From Raillietiella orientalis (taxonomy: Eukaryota): a stretch of DNA of 64,000 bases. Made by a program: the position numbers and the translations under genes. The notes under the pieces were generated by a model. The model ran no database searches. It was given only the letters and a program-made list of their open reading frames with translations, and was not told the DNA's origin. The stretch spans positions 2,046,001 through 2,110,000 of the forward strand of contig JAYWIR010000020.1 of assembly GCA_036172245.1 (NCBI GenBank). Reading direction: 5' to 3'. Numbering within the stretch: the stretch's first letter is position 1; every line of letters begins with the position of its first letter. This document shows, piece by piece, positions 25,001 to 39,179 of this stretch.

Positions 25001-27340
25001 ACTTGAAAAATTCAGCTCTCCAAACCGATGCTATCGGGGAAGACTTCAGAATGTATTCAAAATTTTATGCATATGTATACAAATATATGTAAATGGCATT
25101 CTCGAGAAAAGAAAAAAAAAAGAGTAATCTTTTATTACGACATACTAACGGAAAAAGATTTTACTACAAATGACTCCTAAATGAGTTCTCGAAACGGGAA
25201 TTCTGTTTGTATACGTTTTTATAATGAAAAGAAAACACTTTCATATTTTTATAACATTTTCAGGTTTTCCGTGATAGTGTAATTGAGTGCTATCGAGCAC
25301 AGCCACCTTACAAACGTAAAGGAAACGTCCATGAAAGCATCCATACACCTGGTGAACCTAAAAGTCGTAAAACTGGCAATAGGTTAACCATTGCTGAATG
25401 AATTCGAAGCCATGACAAAGCACGAAAAATGAAACATCAGATATTAAATCAAATTGCAAGATATGTACGAATAGAAAACTGGTATGGGGGTGCACAGTAT
25501 AAGTTATTAAATAATGACCGATGCTTGAATGTTCAGAGACATAAAATAATAAGATCCGTTCCAAAGATCTTTCCTTTTTAAGCGTTCATTTGTATTTTTT
25601 GCATCACACCGGAAGAACCGATAGATAGAACATCTGCAAACATTTATTACTGCATTATGAAACAATTGCTACTGTTAACACTCCTTGTATTATTGCTTTC
25701 ATAAAAGGAATTTTATTACTCACCAATGTATCATGAAATCGAATCTCAAGGACATGAGTGTGACAGTATTCATGTTACAAAGTGTTTTTATTTTATATGA
25801 CCTAATCATGTAAATGTGATTTCAAATTTATGTCTGGTATGAGAAGAAAACAGTGCCAACCTGCTGACAAAGGAATCAAATGAAAATTTATTCTTCATTT
25901 CCAATAAACTATAAAATAAGCATCTGTAAAGGGGCATATAATCCAGGAAAGGGCTTTGAAAAATCTGAATAGACCCGTATAAACTTCGTGTCGTTCTCAA
26001 CTACTTAAGTTGTCTGTATTCTTACAATTTGGAGGAAATGATTTTCTGGTTAGAAAGTTTCCAAAGATTAGTCTTTGAGCCCATTAAATAGTGAACAGAA
26101 TTTTGGGGTTGTACACAAACTTCATCATTCTGTTTTTTAAACATGCATTTTAAGCATTACATTTCAGCCATAATCCTTGCATCTGCACTTATTTAACGAT
26201 CTGTGCCAAATTTAATTTCTTGTCCTTAACATCCATCTCGATAGTTGTGTGACCATCGACGGGAAACTAATTAAAGATACTTTCATCGTATACATGATTA
26301 TAACACAAGTCAGGACGCGTTTTTAAACCATGCTTTCAACATAACTTCACAATTTAAAAAATATATAGAAATCCGTTTAGTCATTGCTGTTGAAAAGGCC
26401 AAGAGCAGTCTATTACATTTCCTAATTATTTGAAATAGCAGCAGTTTCAAAATTCTCTAATTCTAAATCAAGAAGTATCTACAGCCCCAATTCCAGAGGT
26501 CAACTTCAAAAGTGCCGTATGCATTCATTAGGCTTGACACGCCTAGAAATCACGGACGTGTTTGGATCTTTTTCTGAAAACAAAGTTTCTAACGGATTCT
26601 AGGTATTTTCTTAAATTTTCAAATTCTAATCAATGTATTCTTATCTTTGTTTTGTAATGTTCCGTTTTTGTCTCACAGGTAGGAGAAGAAAAGCGTAAGA
26701 AACATCGACGATGGTTTCTTTCTCGAATATAAACTTTGCTTTAAAATTGCACATTAACTGAAGTCAAAATTCTTGCACGACAAATTTCTTGCCTAATAGA
26801 TGAGAATATAGCTAAACAAATGAATTCTTTAAGATTCTAAGGAATACAACCTACTATAGTTCTATTCATCCATTTGACTCCTCATTCTCTAGAGAACTTT
26901 TCGAGAGTGTTCATAGATCATTGAAGTTGGAAAAAAGTTTTTGGGCAAGAATACAGTTTTTGCAATAAGAGTATATATATACACATATATATACACTCTT
27001 ATGGCATCCTATATATAAATATAGGATTCCTTTGTAAGTGATAGAATATTAATTGGGGTCCTCCTTTCATTTGCTCGAGTTTTCAATGTTTGCCGTGTTT
27101 AATATGGATATTTTATTTGGTCACCCCGACGCTGGTTCGTAACCCACCTGATTTAAGTCGTACCCAATTGCAGACCACGCATGTCTCTTATTTTCTCCTT
27201 TATTTCGACATTTAATTTTGGTAATCTGCGATTAAGGCTGCAGCTGGGAGTGAAGTTGTGGTTGGTGAATTCAAAACAAGTTTGAACTCATGCCAATATG
27301 AACCTCAGCACAAACCTTTCATGTGGATGAATGCCCAAAT

Positions 27341-27769
27341 ATGCTAATCTCCAGTGCCAAAGTAGTCCCCAGTTGCTTACCAGTTTGCTTGAGAAGTTTG
27401 CAACTGCACAAGAAGTTTGGTGCTGTGATGTGCATGAACTCAGCAGGAAATCCTCCCAAAACTTCAGTAACATTTCTCACAAGGTTCTCAACAGCTGCAA
27501 GCTCAACGATAGGTAAAATAAACCCCAAGTTGTATTTGCGGTTTACCTGTAAAGTTTGTGGAACTTCTGTTGAAAAATGGATATCAAAGCAGTCGTACTG
27601 CAGAGGGGTCGTTATAGTCACGTGCGATGGGTGTGACAATCGTCATTTAATTGCAGATAACCTAAATTGGTTCAGCAACTTAGAAGGGAAACGAAACATC
27701 GAAGAAATTTTATTGGAAAAAGGTGAAATTGTTAAACGTCTACAAATAGGAGTTGAGATCCAAGAATAA
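27341..27769 (+). CDS. DNLZ: DNL-type zinc finger protein (mtHsp70 escort, Hep1/Zim17), intronless, 142 aa
   Basis: FTCKVC...[46 protein letters not shown] is the zf-DNL signature. The N-terminus lacks acidic residues, like a mitochondrial presequence. Confidence 0.95.
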   Translation: MLISSAKVVPSCLPVCLRSLQLHKKFGAVMCMNSAGNPPKTSVTFLTRFSTAASSTIGKINPKLYLRFTCKVCGTSVEKWISKQSYCRGVVIVTCDGCDNRHLIADNLNWFSNLEGKRNIEEILLEKGEIVKRLQIGVEIQE

Positions 27770-29689
27770 AAAAATTGTACATAATGTTATATCGTTGTTG
27801 GGACATTTTTTTTTTCTTCAAAGTTTAAAAAGTGTTCCATTCCAGTCCTTTCAAAAGCTAATGAATGGAAGAAGATAATGGAATCGAAGACAATCGGTAC
27901 GAAGTATTTTTGTAATTGGGGGTGACTGCGTCATTAGTTTGTGAAGTAAATTGTGTACAGTACAAATTAGAAAATAAGTGATAATTCGCACTGCAAGATT
28001 GCCTTATTTAGGTCTCGGAAACTTAAAAGCATTCCGATTTCTGGGATATTTTAAAGTTCGAGTTTATGGCTGATATGATTGGGTTTAATTTATACCACAT
28101 AAAGCACTGCTACAATTTTTAATAAGCGTCTGCCCTGTTAAAATCTTGAAAATTGATATTAGGATGATGAATAAGCAACTCTGGATAATAAGTACTAAAA
28201 GTGAATTAGTTATTGCTCATACAGTGGTCAAATTAGCATAGATGAATGTTACACACAATCGAACCGTATTTCTTGAAAAATTCATATCTCGTTAAGTCCA
28301 TTCAATAAATTTTACGGTGCATGCACAAGTTTGCTGATTGCAGATTGGTATGATATTGTGTTGAAGTTCTATTCCTAATTTTTTCTATTGAATAGTATTT
28401 AGCTTGAAATCATAAGTGGATGTTTTTTTCTTTAGGATATTCTTTTTGAAGTCAAACTTTCCCCAGAGTGTTTCTTTCAAATCTTATTAGTGTTTAAAGT
28501 ATTTGAAGAGGAAGTAATTAACAGCAATAAGTTTGCAATATTTTGGAAAACTGTAAAAAATGCACATGTATATAAGTAAAAATAGTCATTCTTACAGAAT
28601 TTTAAAGTATGAAAACTTTTATATCACTTGTATTGACTCATAGTAAAATAGTTTCCTCCTTCTAAAACGGTTTTTTTTAACAATATTATCTCTGCCAGGT
28701 TATGATATCTTATTCCACAAATCAAAGTTTTGGTTAATACTTTCATGCAGAAGGTATTTAAAACTTTTAATGAAGAGCGCTATGTTGGTGTTTAGAATCA
28801 ATTTAATCAGTTTCATTATGAATTGAAGAAAAATTGGATTAAATTTGAAGAAATATGCATTAACCAATGAGTGATTTCTTGATTGCCATTGTGCTTCTCT
28901 TTGATTGATTGAACAGAAATTTTGCAGATTGTTATTTTTTTATTAATATTTATGTATCCTGTTACATTATTATATGCTGTAATCAGCTGAAATCCTAGGT
29001 ATCTTTCATGATCAGTATGAATTGATCAGTTTTGCTAGATTAGTAAAGTATGCTGTGTTCTCTTTTGGGATGAACTAGCCATGTTTTTCATAAAAGATCT
29101 CAAAGCAATTTTGATATATGGAACAGCATCAAGTTCTTATGAATTTCATGCTGGTGACTTTTTACTGAAGCAACATCAAGAATAACTATTGAAGCTTGAA
29201 GCACTTAAAACTGAATATACCCTTTTCTTGAAAAGCAAGGAATTTAACCAGGATGTTTTAAAGAGATCATGATTCCATAATTTGCCCAAGATTCCCTTGA
29301 GAGGAAAAGTTTTAGTTGTTTAGACTTGAGAGGTAATTACATCTAACCTTCAATTACCTAAACTACCTTTCCGGGTTAATTGTAACATCAGAATTATAAA
29401 TTGCATGGAAAAGCATGTAATGCTTGCTTCAACTTTTTGGGTCATGCAAGGGTCCCCTGAATAAGAATACCATATATCCCAGCATATAAGATGCCTCTAT
29501 GTATAAGGTGCTGTTGAATTTGGGAGGACTTTTTGTTAATTTTGCTTGTGTACAATTTCGTGATAATACAAGATGATTTCCTACCGAATTGTTTTTTTTT
29601 GGTATGTGTTGTTTTTTTGTACTTGTACTTGTTTACATACATGTAATGATGTGCATAAAATGTTTACTTCTCTATTTACTTGGTACTTA

Positions 29690-29806
29690 AGAGAGGCACA
29701 CCCCTCAGATCCTAATTTTTAAAGTTGAAATTTTAATCCCTGGTGTATAAGACACACAATTTTTTTTAGTGCTCAGAGTGCATCTTGTACACCAAGGTAT
29801 ACGGTA
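29690..29806. mobile_element. Terminus of a pogo/Tc2-like (CCGTA-ended) DNA transposon remnant
   Basis: Ends gtgcatcttgtacaccaaggtatacgg|ta, which reverse-complements to TA|CCGTA..GGTGTACAAGATGCAC. An internal inverted copy tggtgtataagacacac lies at 29741-29757. The other end was not found. Confidence 0.5.
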
Positions 29807-29999
29807 ATTCTTAATAAATTACAAAATCTAGGAGAAATCTTGTGTCACACAGTGAATGAAGCCCAAAATGGCAGCACATTTAGGAATGAAGTTTCTTTTC
29901 TTGATTAAAATTGTTAATCCAGTCTGTTTTGAAGATAAAAATTCTTGGGAGAATTTGTGTATACCTGCGATTTTGTTTGATGCAGAAGCTGATTCATGT

Positions 30000-30125
30000 G
30001 ACATCAATTTGAAATTGTTCCAGCAAAATTGTGACCTCACTTTCCTCAGTGTGGCGTTTACCAACAGCGTGTGCTGATTGGAGGAATGTGCAAAGTGAAG
30101 TACTTTTGATAGGGAAAATAAGCAA
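30000..30125 (-). mobile_element. Possible LTR integrase zinc-binding domain remnant
   Basis: VLHFAHSSNQH...VNATLRKVRSQFCW resembles IL..AH....H.GV..TL..IR..FWW. Confidence 0.3.
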
Positions 30126-31378
30126 ATATTAAATTGAAATACTAAAGCAAGTTTTAGAACACTGAAGAGGTGTTCCAGTGCTTTGTTACTGATTATTAAA
30201 GTCACTGATAACGAAACAGGAAACTTTTCGAACTCCTCGTGTTGCTTGAATTATAATTTTTCCTTCCCAGAGGAGTGATGCAGCATCTGACCCCTCATCC
30301 TCTGAGACGTGCGTTGCCCTTCGCCCGAGCTTTGCTACTTACTGTATGTATGTGATGTTATTGTGCACTTAAAATCAGTTTCATTTCTTGCTATCAAAAC
30401 TTCCTAAGGTGCACAGTAATTTATCCGACCCGATTTGAGGGTCGACAGAATTGACTGGTGCTTGATTATTGATGATTGGATGAATTATATTTTGGAAAAG
30501 TGGAGATTTCGTGATCCGAAAAATCTTTTCCGATCGTCAGAGATAAAACTTCTTTGAGCAGCTGAGCTCTTAGAGGAGTTTTCCGTTTGATAAGTCTGCT
30601 AGGACGTGCACTCTCCTGGATTCTGCATCTGATCATGGCAATCATACAGTTCTGACAAAGGTAACCTGGGTCGTGAATTCGGTTCTACGATGGATGTGTT
30701 ATCATGGTTTCTGCCTTGAGCACTCTTGATGTCTCGGACTGACTACCTGTAATCGATTGGCATGTTCAGTTCTTTGTGCCTCGAGGCAATTTAGTGTAAA
30801 CGGAGAAGTGGTGTTCGTAATCGTGTTGCCTAAGTCCTGCGAATCCATTTTTTTTTTTATTATTATTATCGTGCTTGTGTTTTCACATACCCAAGCACCA
30901 GTAAGTTATGGTGTTGGAGTGATCAGAAATCTTAACCTGTCTACGACAGGAAGCTCGCCGTCAAGAAATGTCTTCCCAGAAAGGAGCCCCAGCGTGATGG
31001 TGTGGTAAATGTCTTGGTGGCCGCTGAGCTTCATTTGCGACCCCTTAAGACCCCAAGGTTATTGCAATTTAATAAACTCTTGACACGTTTCCTATTTCGA
31101 GAGCTGTTAGTGACGAACGGCTTTCATTATCAAAGTTGAGTTGACCTGCTCCCTAGCCGGCATGCGTGCTAGTCCACGAAGGTTATTATGCAAACGACAT
31201 CGAGCCACATTTTCAGCAGTGGTTCTTTTTGATTTTTCCGGTGTGCAGCTCTCGTCAGGTTCCCTTAATGGATTGCGGGAAAGTTTTGCGGCTATCGTAA
31301 ACTGAAGGCTCTGTGAGATTTTGTGGGCTCACCATTGAAAAATGCTATTCGTTTTCAGCTATTTTTTCTTTTGGTTTC

Positions 31379-31400
31379 TGTGTGTGTGTGTGTGTGTGTG
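31379..31400. repeat. (TG)n microsatellite
   Basis: Directly visible. A second (TG)n tract lies at about 32268-32293. Confidence 0.9.
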
Positions 31401-32267
31401 CTTTGCTCGTGTTGCTTCTTCCAGGAAGTTAAAAGTTTCCATTTTTGTTGGAAAGTATTTCCACAGTTTGATTGATTGAATTCCTAAACTGAGATCGGCA
31501 GTACATCTTGCATTGTAGTACTGCTATTTTCCATTGTCTCTTTAAGTTGTTGGTTCATCATCATGACTGCATCTTTCGAAAGTTTCTCTGAATCGTCAGC
31601 TGTTTACAGAAGCAAAGTGAAAGATAAAGGAACTCTCATTGAGAGCACACTAAATGGTTGCAAATCGGAGAAAGGAAATCTAAGATGCCTTGGGTGCGAA
31701 TCCTATCAGACGAATAACAAAAGATGAGAAAGCACTCGTAGCTTGGGTGGTGAAGTCTTCCTGTCTGCTTTTGGTTCTCGATGACTTTTGGTTTCGAAAG
31801 ATAGCAGTGGAAGTAATGGAAAATCTTCATCTTTCGCTATGCTCCTGTAAACGACTGAGGATTGCGAGAAACTTTCGAAGATGCAATCATGGTGATGACT
31901 CAACAGAATTCAGAGATTCATTTCTTGCAGCAATTTTGTTGAACTCCGGGACGCTACATTCGCTTAGTACATTTTATGGAAAGATTATTTACGGCTACAT
32001 TTTATGTCAATGTGCTAATACAATGGTGCGAGCTCCAATCTTCAAAAAGGAAAATTCTGATAAATGTCGATTAAAAAAAATTCACGTTGAATGTGAGTGA
32101 GTTTTCTAAAGTCATGGTATGAATTTTAAACGAAATACAATTTGCCTCACGATGTGCATAGAAAGTTCAGGCGAATGAAGTGCGTGTTTTTGGGAATGAG
32201 GGTTCAAATGCGGGGAAACGCATGAGCATCGCTCCTCTGGAAAGAAGACCGCGTGCATACGTGATTT

Positions 32268-32301
<34 letters not shown>

Positions 32302-33189
32302 GGGTGGGGGTCAAGACAATAGACAAAAAAACAGCAAGAAAGAACAACTGCATTGAAACTGACGATTTCAAAGGGGAAATTTCATTGTATTTGTGCCAAA
32401 CAGATACGTGACAATGTACGGTGTTTCCGCACTTCATAATTTCAAAGTATAAAAACGAAAGTGTAAATACAAACAAGCTTAATTGCAGCCTTGTGGGCAC
32501 GTCCATTCGTGATTGCCATGTCCTATATGCTGCTCAATATTATGTCTCTTACAGTACACTGAATACGGTACTCTTCTCGTTTCATTGGAAAGCGCCTGCA
32601 GGAAGACGAGAAAGCTGAAATCTCGCCTAATGGCGACCGTGGGTTGTGATGATCTTCAGAAACATAGCATTTGGCGAAGGCCCGTCTAATAGCATATTTG
32701 CAAGGGGAAGGAGAGTCCTAAAAAAGACATTTTCAGTCACTCAGATTCATACGGGCGGCACGCATTCGTAGCAGTTCACGCTGTGCTCACTATGCAGAAA
32801 CATTTTGTCGTACGAAACAAAAGATAAGAAACTCATTGCAGCCACTGTGGTTTGCAGACTATCAGTGTTTTTTTTTAAAAAAAAAAACACACACACACGC
32901 ACACACACATCTCGAAAATTATGCTTTTGAGAACCATGTCGGATGGTATGTAGAATAATAAATAGTATTCAGGTATATAATTCAGGTATGTACATGAAGA
33001 AAGTGCTAAACCACTTGAAACTGGGGAGGAAATATGAGCATCAAGTTGAGCAGAAAACCTGCCTCCTTTGGTTTTAGGCAATGTGGAATGGGCCTGGAAA
33101 ATGCTTGACTCTGCAAGCTGCTTTTTTGTGAGTCATGAACTTCGTCCGATTTTTTTTTTTTTTTGAAAAATACAAACATTTTCAGTGCC

Positions 33190-33520
33190 TCCAGTTTACC
33201 TTAGAAATATAAGGTGCAGGGGGCCGCTGTGTAATACTTGGGGGACTCCCTTTCCAAATCCTGGAAGTTTTGTTTACTGGTGTCGTTTTAGATGCCTTTT
33301 TGTCTCTACTGCTCCTGGTCCCACCTTGGTGAGATTTGAATGATTTCAATTTTGAAGGAGGCGATCGTCTCGGAATGTCAGTTGTCTGAAGCCCAATTCC
33401 ACATGCCGAGACATAGTAGCAGGGCATACTCGTAGAAACAAGGAAGCGTTCTGTGTTTTCGAGATACACTTTTCAGCACTTTTACCTGAGATAGCGTTCT
33501 TTTCACCATGAGGTTGTGCT
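33190..33520 (-). mobile_element. Decayed LINE RT fragment
   Basis: The frameshifted minus reading gives ISGKSAEKCISKTQNA..LLQ/KLKSF..GKGVPQVLHSGPLHLIFL, resembling ..LL.KL.S...GVPQGSVLGPLLFLIF. Confidence 0.4.
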
Positions 33521-34029
33521 TCCATTTTACCGCGAGGCGTCCCGTTTGATTTCGACGTTATCTGAGGTCTACCAAACGTAGACTTGAACGGAAGATGCAC
33601 GGAAGCTTCACCTATTAGCTGCTGTACCTTTATTTGGCGTCAAATTTTCTTTTTACACATACCTGATCGAACTAAATCACAGTATTGCTTGCATGGGCTC
33701 TTTTCTGGAAGTAACGCTTTCATGAAAAACAAATCGGAACCGAATATTAACAAAATGTTTAGTACCTTTCGAAGAAGTATTCAACAACTACTTGGGATCA
33801 ACGTCATCCAATATTTGGAGACTGAGACTGACTTTCAATACATTTAAAGCTTTGTAATGCCGAGAATTCATCAACCAATTAATGTAAGATTTTTCAAAAG
33901 AAAATGATTACCCAAACGTGATTACCCAAAGTGCATTCTGAAGCCGGAATCCTTATGGAAACAAGAGGAATCATGCTGGGAGAATTCCATATAAATACGA
34001 AACCGCCTCTGTTTGCTTGGACAAGAATG

Positions 34030-34062
34030 TTGTTATTTCTGGTTTACAACCAGAAATAACAA
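34030..34062. repeat. Perfect inverted repeat (15-bp arms, 3-nt loop)
   Basis: ttgttatttctggtt-tac-aaccagaaataacaa. Confidence 0.9.
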
Positions 34063-37000
34063 AGTTCTAAACATTTCTGGTTCTAAAACAACTTTTTGGA
34101 CAATTGCTAAGACAACACATCTACAAATTATTGCACATAGCCATACACGGCAAATGAAAGATAATGTGTCTTGTATTGAATAAAAACGGCACTTCTGTTT
34201 TGAACAGATTGTTTAAAAACATTTTTTTTTTTACTATTGCTGCTACAGTCTTTTGAATCAAATGTGGAGTCTACAAATGGGATTTCGCCATCCAGAAACA
34301 AGTTACATTAGTCAAGGATGGAATCATGGATCAGAGCATTGCTGTACCAAATGCGATCATCATTGCATTTCCGCAACCATTATTTATGGGGAAAGTCCAA
34401 ACTCAGCTTTTGAATGATCCTGGTCAGAATCAACAGCAATCATCTGCTCACTGATGGGTGCAGTCTTTGCATTGGTGCTAATGTAATCTTTGCAATATCA
34501 AGGTTTTGATTTTGCAAAGGTAATGGATCATTCTCTTGAAGATGAGGTGTATTAGCTGCTTGCAGAGTTAAACATCGCGTGGAACCTACTTTTCGAGTTC
34601 CAAAGTCTCATTCCTCTCATCCCTAAAACTCATTTGTGGTATTTGTAAAATGAACCAATTTCTCACAAAGTCCTCCTTTTTGCCAGTTATACTGTCACGC
34701 TTAAGGATTTTTGTTTGTGTTTGATTTCTTGCAAACAGCTGTGTAGCATGGGAGACTAACTTCAAGTTTTTCAAATAATAGGGGAAAGGGGGGGGTACAT
34801 AGCAGATCAAAGCAAATGTAGTCATTATCTCTGACATTTGGTGGAGTATCAAGCATAATTGCAAGGTAATATATGCATTAAAAAATTAATAATGCTTACA
34901 AAAACATTTTCCAACAAATACTATAGAAATGCATGTTTTTTTAAATTTTATTCATCCCTGCATTTCAATTTCTGTGGTAATCTAAGTAATTTCTTGGTCC
35001 TGTACTTTCAGTCTGCAGATCATACTGGGCAGCAGTTAAAACTTTTAATTCTTCATTCAAAAACTTCTTGCAGAAGCTTGAAGCAAACACATGTAAACAT
35101 ACACACACATTTGCAAATCTCCCATGAATAATGCTTTAAAAAAATGGGATCTGTTTTAAAACAAAGTTATCTGAAGCAAACTAATTAACTTCCTCAGATT
35201 GAACCTTAAGTGTGACTCCTTATATTGCATATCCCCCCTACTGTATCCTATGTTGTATATAAAATAGGCCCACTAGATTTCAGCCTGTTTCCATTTGGGC
35301 GAATTAGGTTTGTACATTATACTAGAATTCGAGAATAGTGATGTAAACTACAAAATTATACAAGTACTTTCACATCTCATTCTATTTACAAGGCACTTCA
35401 TTCCTCATGCTAAATCAATGATGTACACAGAACTTAAATATTGAATGAATCAAGTATACTAAAACAGACACTCTGCCTTGTGTCTGAAACTTCACTCAAA
35501 TATTTACTTGTAAGTATCCCTGATGAAATATCCCAGTTACATTTGAAATCGGAAAATTTCTTTTTTCAACAAGTTTCATCATTCTACTTTAGCATTCTTG
35601 CTTGGAACTTGATTTTTGCTCTTGAACTTTTTTTTTACACACTTTTGCAAAATGACAAATACAATAGCAAAACAGCCAAAGTGATAAGAGCACAAATGTA
35701 TCATGCACAATGAATATGTGCACTAATTGATTGCTCAGCCCTTGCAATATGCAACATATGTAATTTGTTTTTGTCCTAGTGCACTTCATTACTAATTTGC
35801 AATTTTTCTTACAAGAACTTGGTGAACTGCATTTAAGGTTTCAAGTATAGTGGGCAATATTTCTATCCATAGCTACAAGCAGTTGCCTCAAACAGCCATT
35901 TTTGCCAACTTGATTAACTAAATTAAGGAGTGAATTTCCAATTATTTATTTTAGAGATAACTAAATTAGCAACTTGGCATGAATTTTGACACAAGTATAT
36001 GCAACTAACTATTGAGAAACTGTTTGTTGTGAGAATTCAGAGAGCAGAAAGACATGAATCAGTAAAAGCTGGCTGTGGAATCAAAGGAAAGAGAAGAAAG
36101 AAGTGCACAAAATCAGGCTTCCTGTCTGTTGTGGTTGCATATATCTCATTAAATGAGATGGTGTGCCAAATAAGTGAAGAAAATCCTGACTATTTTGTCA
36201 ACTAGGTTTTGTGCTTAAAGATCTGTCCCAAATAAATAACCTGATCCAATTAACCAAAGGCCAAGGGAACAGAATCCACTGTTTTAGCTTTTATTTGCTT
36301 TTCTTCATGCCTTCATTTTTCTGTGCGCTTGTATGTATCTACTAAAATGGCAAAAAATTAATGTTTTAAAGATTGAATTATATTTAGCTTTGAAAGAATT
36401 TCTGATTCACAATTCAATTTCTGATTAGCTTGAGTAACACGAAGTTGAAATTAATTAACTTGTCACCACTTAAATTAAACACTTCACTCTCAAAAGCACA
36501 GCTGGATTACTTATATTTTTTCAAAGCTGTAATTTCATTGCAGATAACCACTCCCAGATCTTATGAATTACGAGTTAATTATCTACATTAGATATGTAGA
36601 TAATTATTGAAAAAAATTGATTTTAAAAAATTAAAACTAAAAGAGATTACATTTTGGTCTAAGTAGATCCCATTGCTAACCAATTATACAGGCAAACGAA
36701 ACAGTTTAAAGTACAGTAGATGACTAATAGTCAATAATACAACAGGTGCAAAAAAATTAACTTCAAGATAATAAAGAGTTGAGATGAGAAGTTATCCAAA
36801 ATAATGACAAAGTTAACTATGCTTATTTGTTATAATAAAACCTACTCCTACCAACTTCCAGGTATTTATGTGGCTTTTTATGGCCATGTAAAGTATCGGT
36901 AAAATTCTTATTCAACAAAGTTCCCATTTCTGGTTCAGCATCCTACTGCCTCCAGTAATACTTCTACTTCTAAATAACCTTTCATCAGTCACACCAGCAT

Positions 37001-37299
37001 TAATTTCAAAAGTATTCTAAAACAACCGAATTTATTCATGTGTAACATAAGTATGTGAATGAGTTAGCTTTCTTATTAACAGTTCAGCAAGAACTTTGTA
37101 GAAGTGCTACCTTAAAATCAAATTTACCTATCTCCTTCAAACAAATTAAGAAAAGGAAGCCAAAAAACCATAACCATTGAAACAGGAGGCGTAACTGCTC
37201 CAAAAGATCTCAAAGTCTAAACAAGACAAGATCTCAAGGCAAAAAATAGTTTACATTTAGTCCTTTGATTGCATCCATTTGCAGGCAATTACATCCCTA

Positions 37300-37845
37300 C
37301 TAAGAAAACTATTTTAAAAACGCAAATGGAGACAAAACACCTAAACGACCGCGATATTAAATGGAAGATTTTCACATATTTCAATATGCAACATTATTGT
37401 CAATAAGGCTCCATGAATAAACGACACGATCTGCTAAACCCATATAAATCATGATTTTTTAAAAACACATAAGGTAGCACCTATAAAACTGCGACTTTGG
37501 GGGTCACGCAAGCTAGTAATAATTCCCCTACACTTTTTAAATTGTGAATTTCTTAAGAACTCAGGAAACAGCACATCAACACGCTGGTTTACACAGACTT
37601 AAATACATCTTATCAGTGCAGAGTATGCCATTTTTACAGATAAAAAAGCTTTCAACCTAGAATCGGTAATAAGAATTGAACCGATTCTTGGATGCAGCTC
37701 CACAGAAACCTGCAGATTCATAAATTTTATTTAAATATCGAACAAGTTCGGGAGTAAATCTTCGAAAAATAAAAGACTCAAGGCCAAGCTCAACAAATTT
37801 TTTTTTGAAAAATATGGTATCTATTGAAACACTCAAAAGCAATTT
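37300..37845 (-). mobile_element. Possible decayed LINE RT fragment
   Basis: IDTIFFKK...PELVRYLNKIYESAGF, with KCRGI and GVLSPFAF downstream, resembles conserved RT blocks. Confidence 0.25.
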
Positions 37846-38184
37846 GAAATTTCCATCCGCACTATAATTTTTGTCTTTTTTTTTTTTTTTTTCTTTACCT
37901 ACGTAAGGAAGTAATGAAATCCTAAAATTTTCTTGTTGCAGCCAGAAGCTACAAGAACGTGAGTTTACAGTTATAATTTGGAGACGGAAGCACGAAAGTC
38001 CTTAAGTTCTCTGCTCCATTGCCAATTACGTTGATCAAAGTATCATCGATGTAATATTACTAATATATCAAGAAAACTATTTTACTACTTCGTTGATCAT
38101 GAAGAGTTTATAATTTTATTTAATTTGTTCTTTACGAAATCAAAGAAACTATTTCAAATTACTTAGATGGAATGAAACTATTAA

Positions 38185-39170
38185 CCGTCTATAGTCTGAA
38201 TTTGTTTTACGGCTATAAAAAAATTTATGTAACGTGAATTAACAAATATCAACCTCTAAATACAAATTAATAACGAATGCAGTAGCTTAAATGATTTTAT
38301 TATAACGAATACGCTTTGTAACTTTGGGGCTACAACGGCGCACAACGTACAACACACTCGTGCGCGTAGGAAAAGCTCAAGCATGGAATTCCATGAAACA
38401 GTTTGTACTTGGTGTTAAACATAGATGTACGTTGCATTTCGAACATTTTATTTTCATCCCGGCTTTTTGCAGCATCCCTTCTTATCCGAAAAGATTGGCC
38501 AATGAGCTATTTCATCTTTTCGCACGTTTCTGACTGGAAGTATTGCACTTGTTCCTCTTTTGTTCTTCTCTTCTAATTGTTTATGTACAGTAGTTGAAAT
38601 TGGACGTCCTCTTTTCCGACTGATTCCTTTTCTTCCTTGACATAAACAAGATGCAGTGAATTGTTCTATTTCATTTGATGCAGCACCTATGGGTTTTGCT
38701 GGATCACGTTGCAATGCATACGCATTGGTTTAGTCAACTATATTACTTATAAATTCGTCATCAAATACTTCTTGGAAATAGGTCATAGGAGAGAAGGGTG
38801 CCTCAGGATCTTTAGGACAATTTCCTTTCCAAGGAAGATGGAGACTATTTTTCGGATGAGATACTGATTTATGACAAGTTTTTTGTGATTTTCAATTTTT
38901 ATCATCTGATGATGATTCCCCGCTAAATTCATCGCCTCTATCAATAATATTTATATGTCGTCGGGTATATACTATTGGTTGATCTTCATCCGAGTCAGAT
39001 TCTGATAAAGAATCCAAGGATCTATTACCGCTAATGCTTCTTATTCTTACTACTCTTTTATTTTTATATGCTTTGGTATTCATATTTTAGGCCTCTAGTA
39101 TATAAAACTAAAAAAAAAAAAAGAAAACACAAGCGTGATCTCAAATACACTGAATCCTGCCATTAGAGGG
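38185..39170 (-). mobile_element. Internally deleted piggyBac transposon (PGBD3-like)
   Basis: TTAA at 38181-38184 and 39171-39174, with CC(C/G)TCTA.. termini (about 12 of 18 matching). The minus frame carries an acidic N-terminus and SPMTYFQEVFDDEFISNIVD*TNAYALQ..EIEQF. It joins directly to C-terminal KRGRP..P..VRKDEIAHWP and a Cys-rich end, KCSKCNVHLCLTPSTNCFMEFH. Stops present. Confidence 0.85.
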
Positions 39171-39179
39171 TTAATGCAA

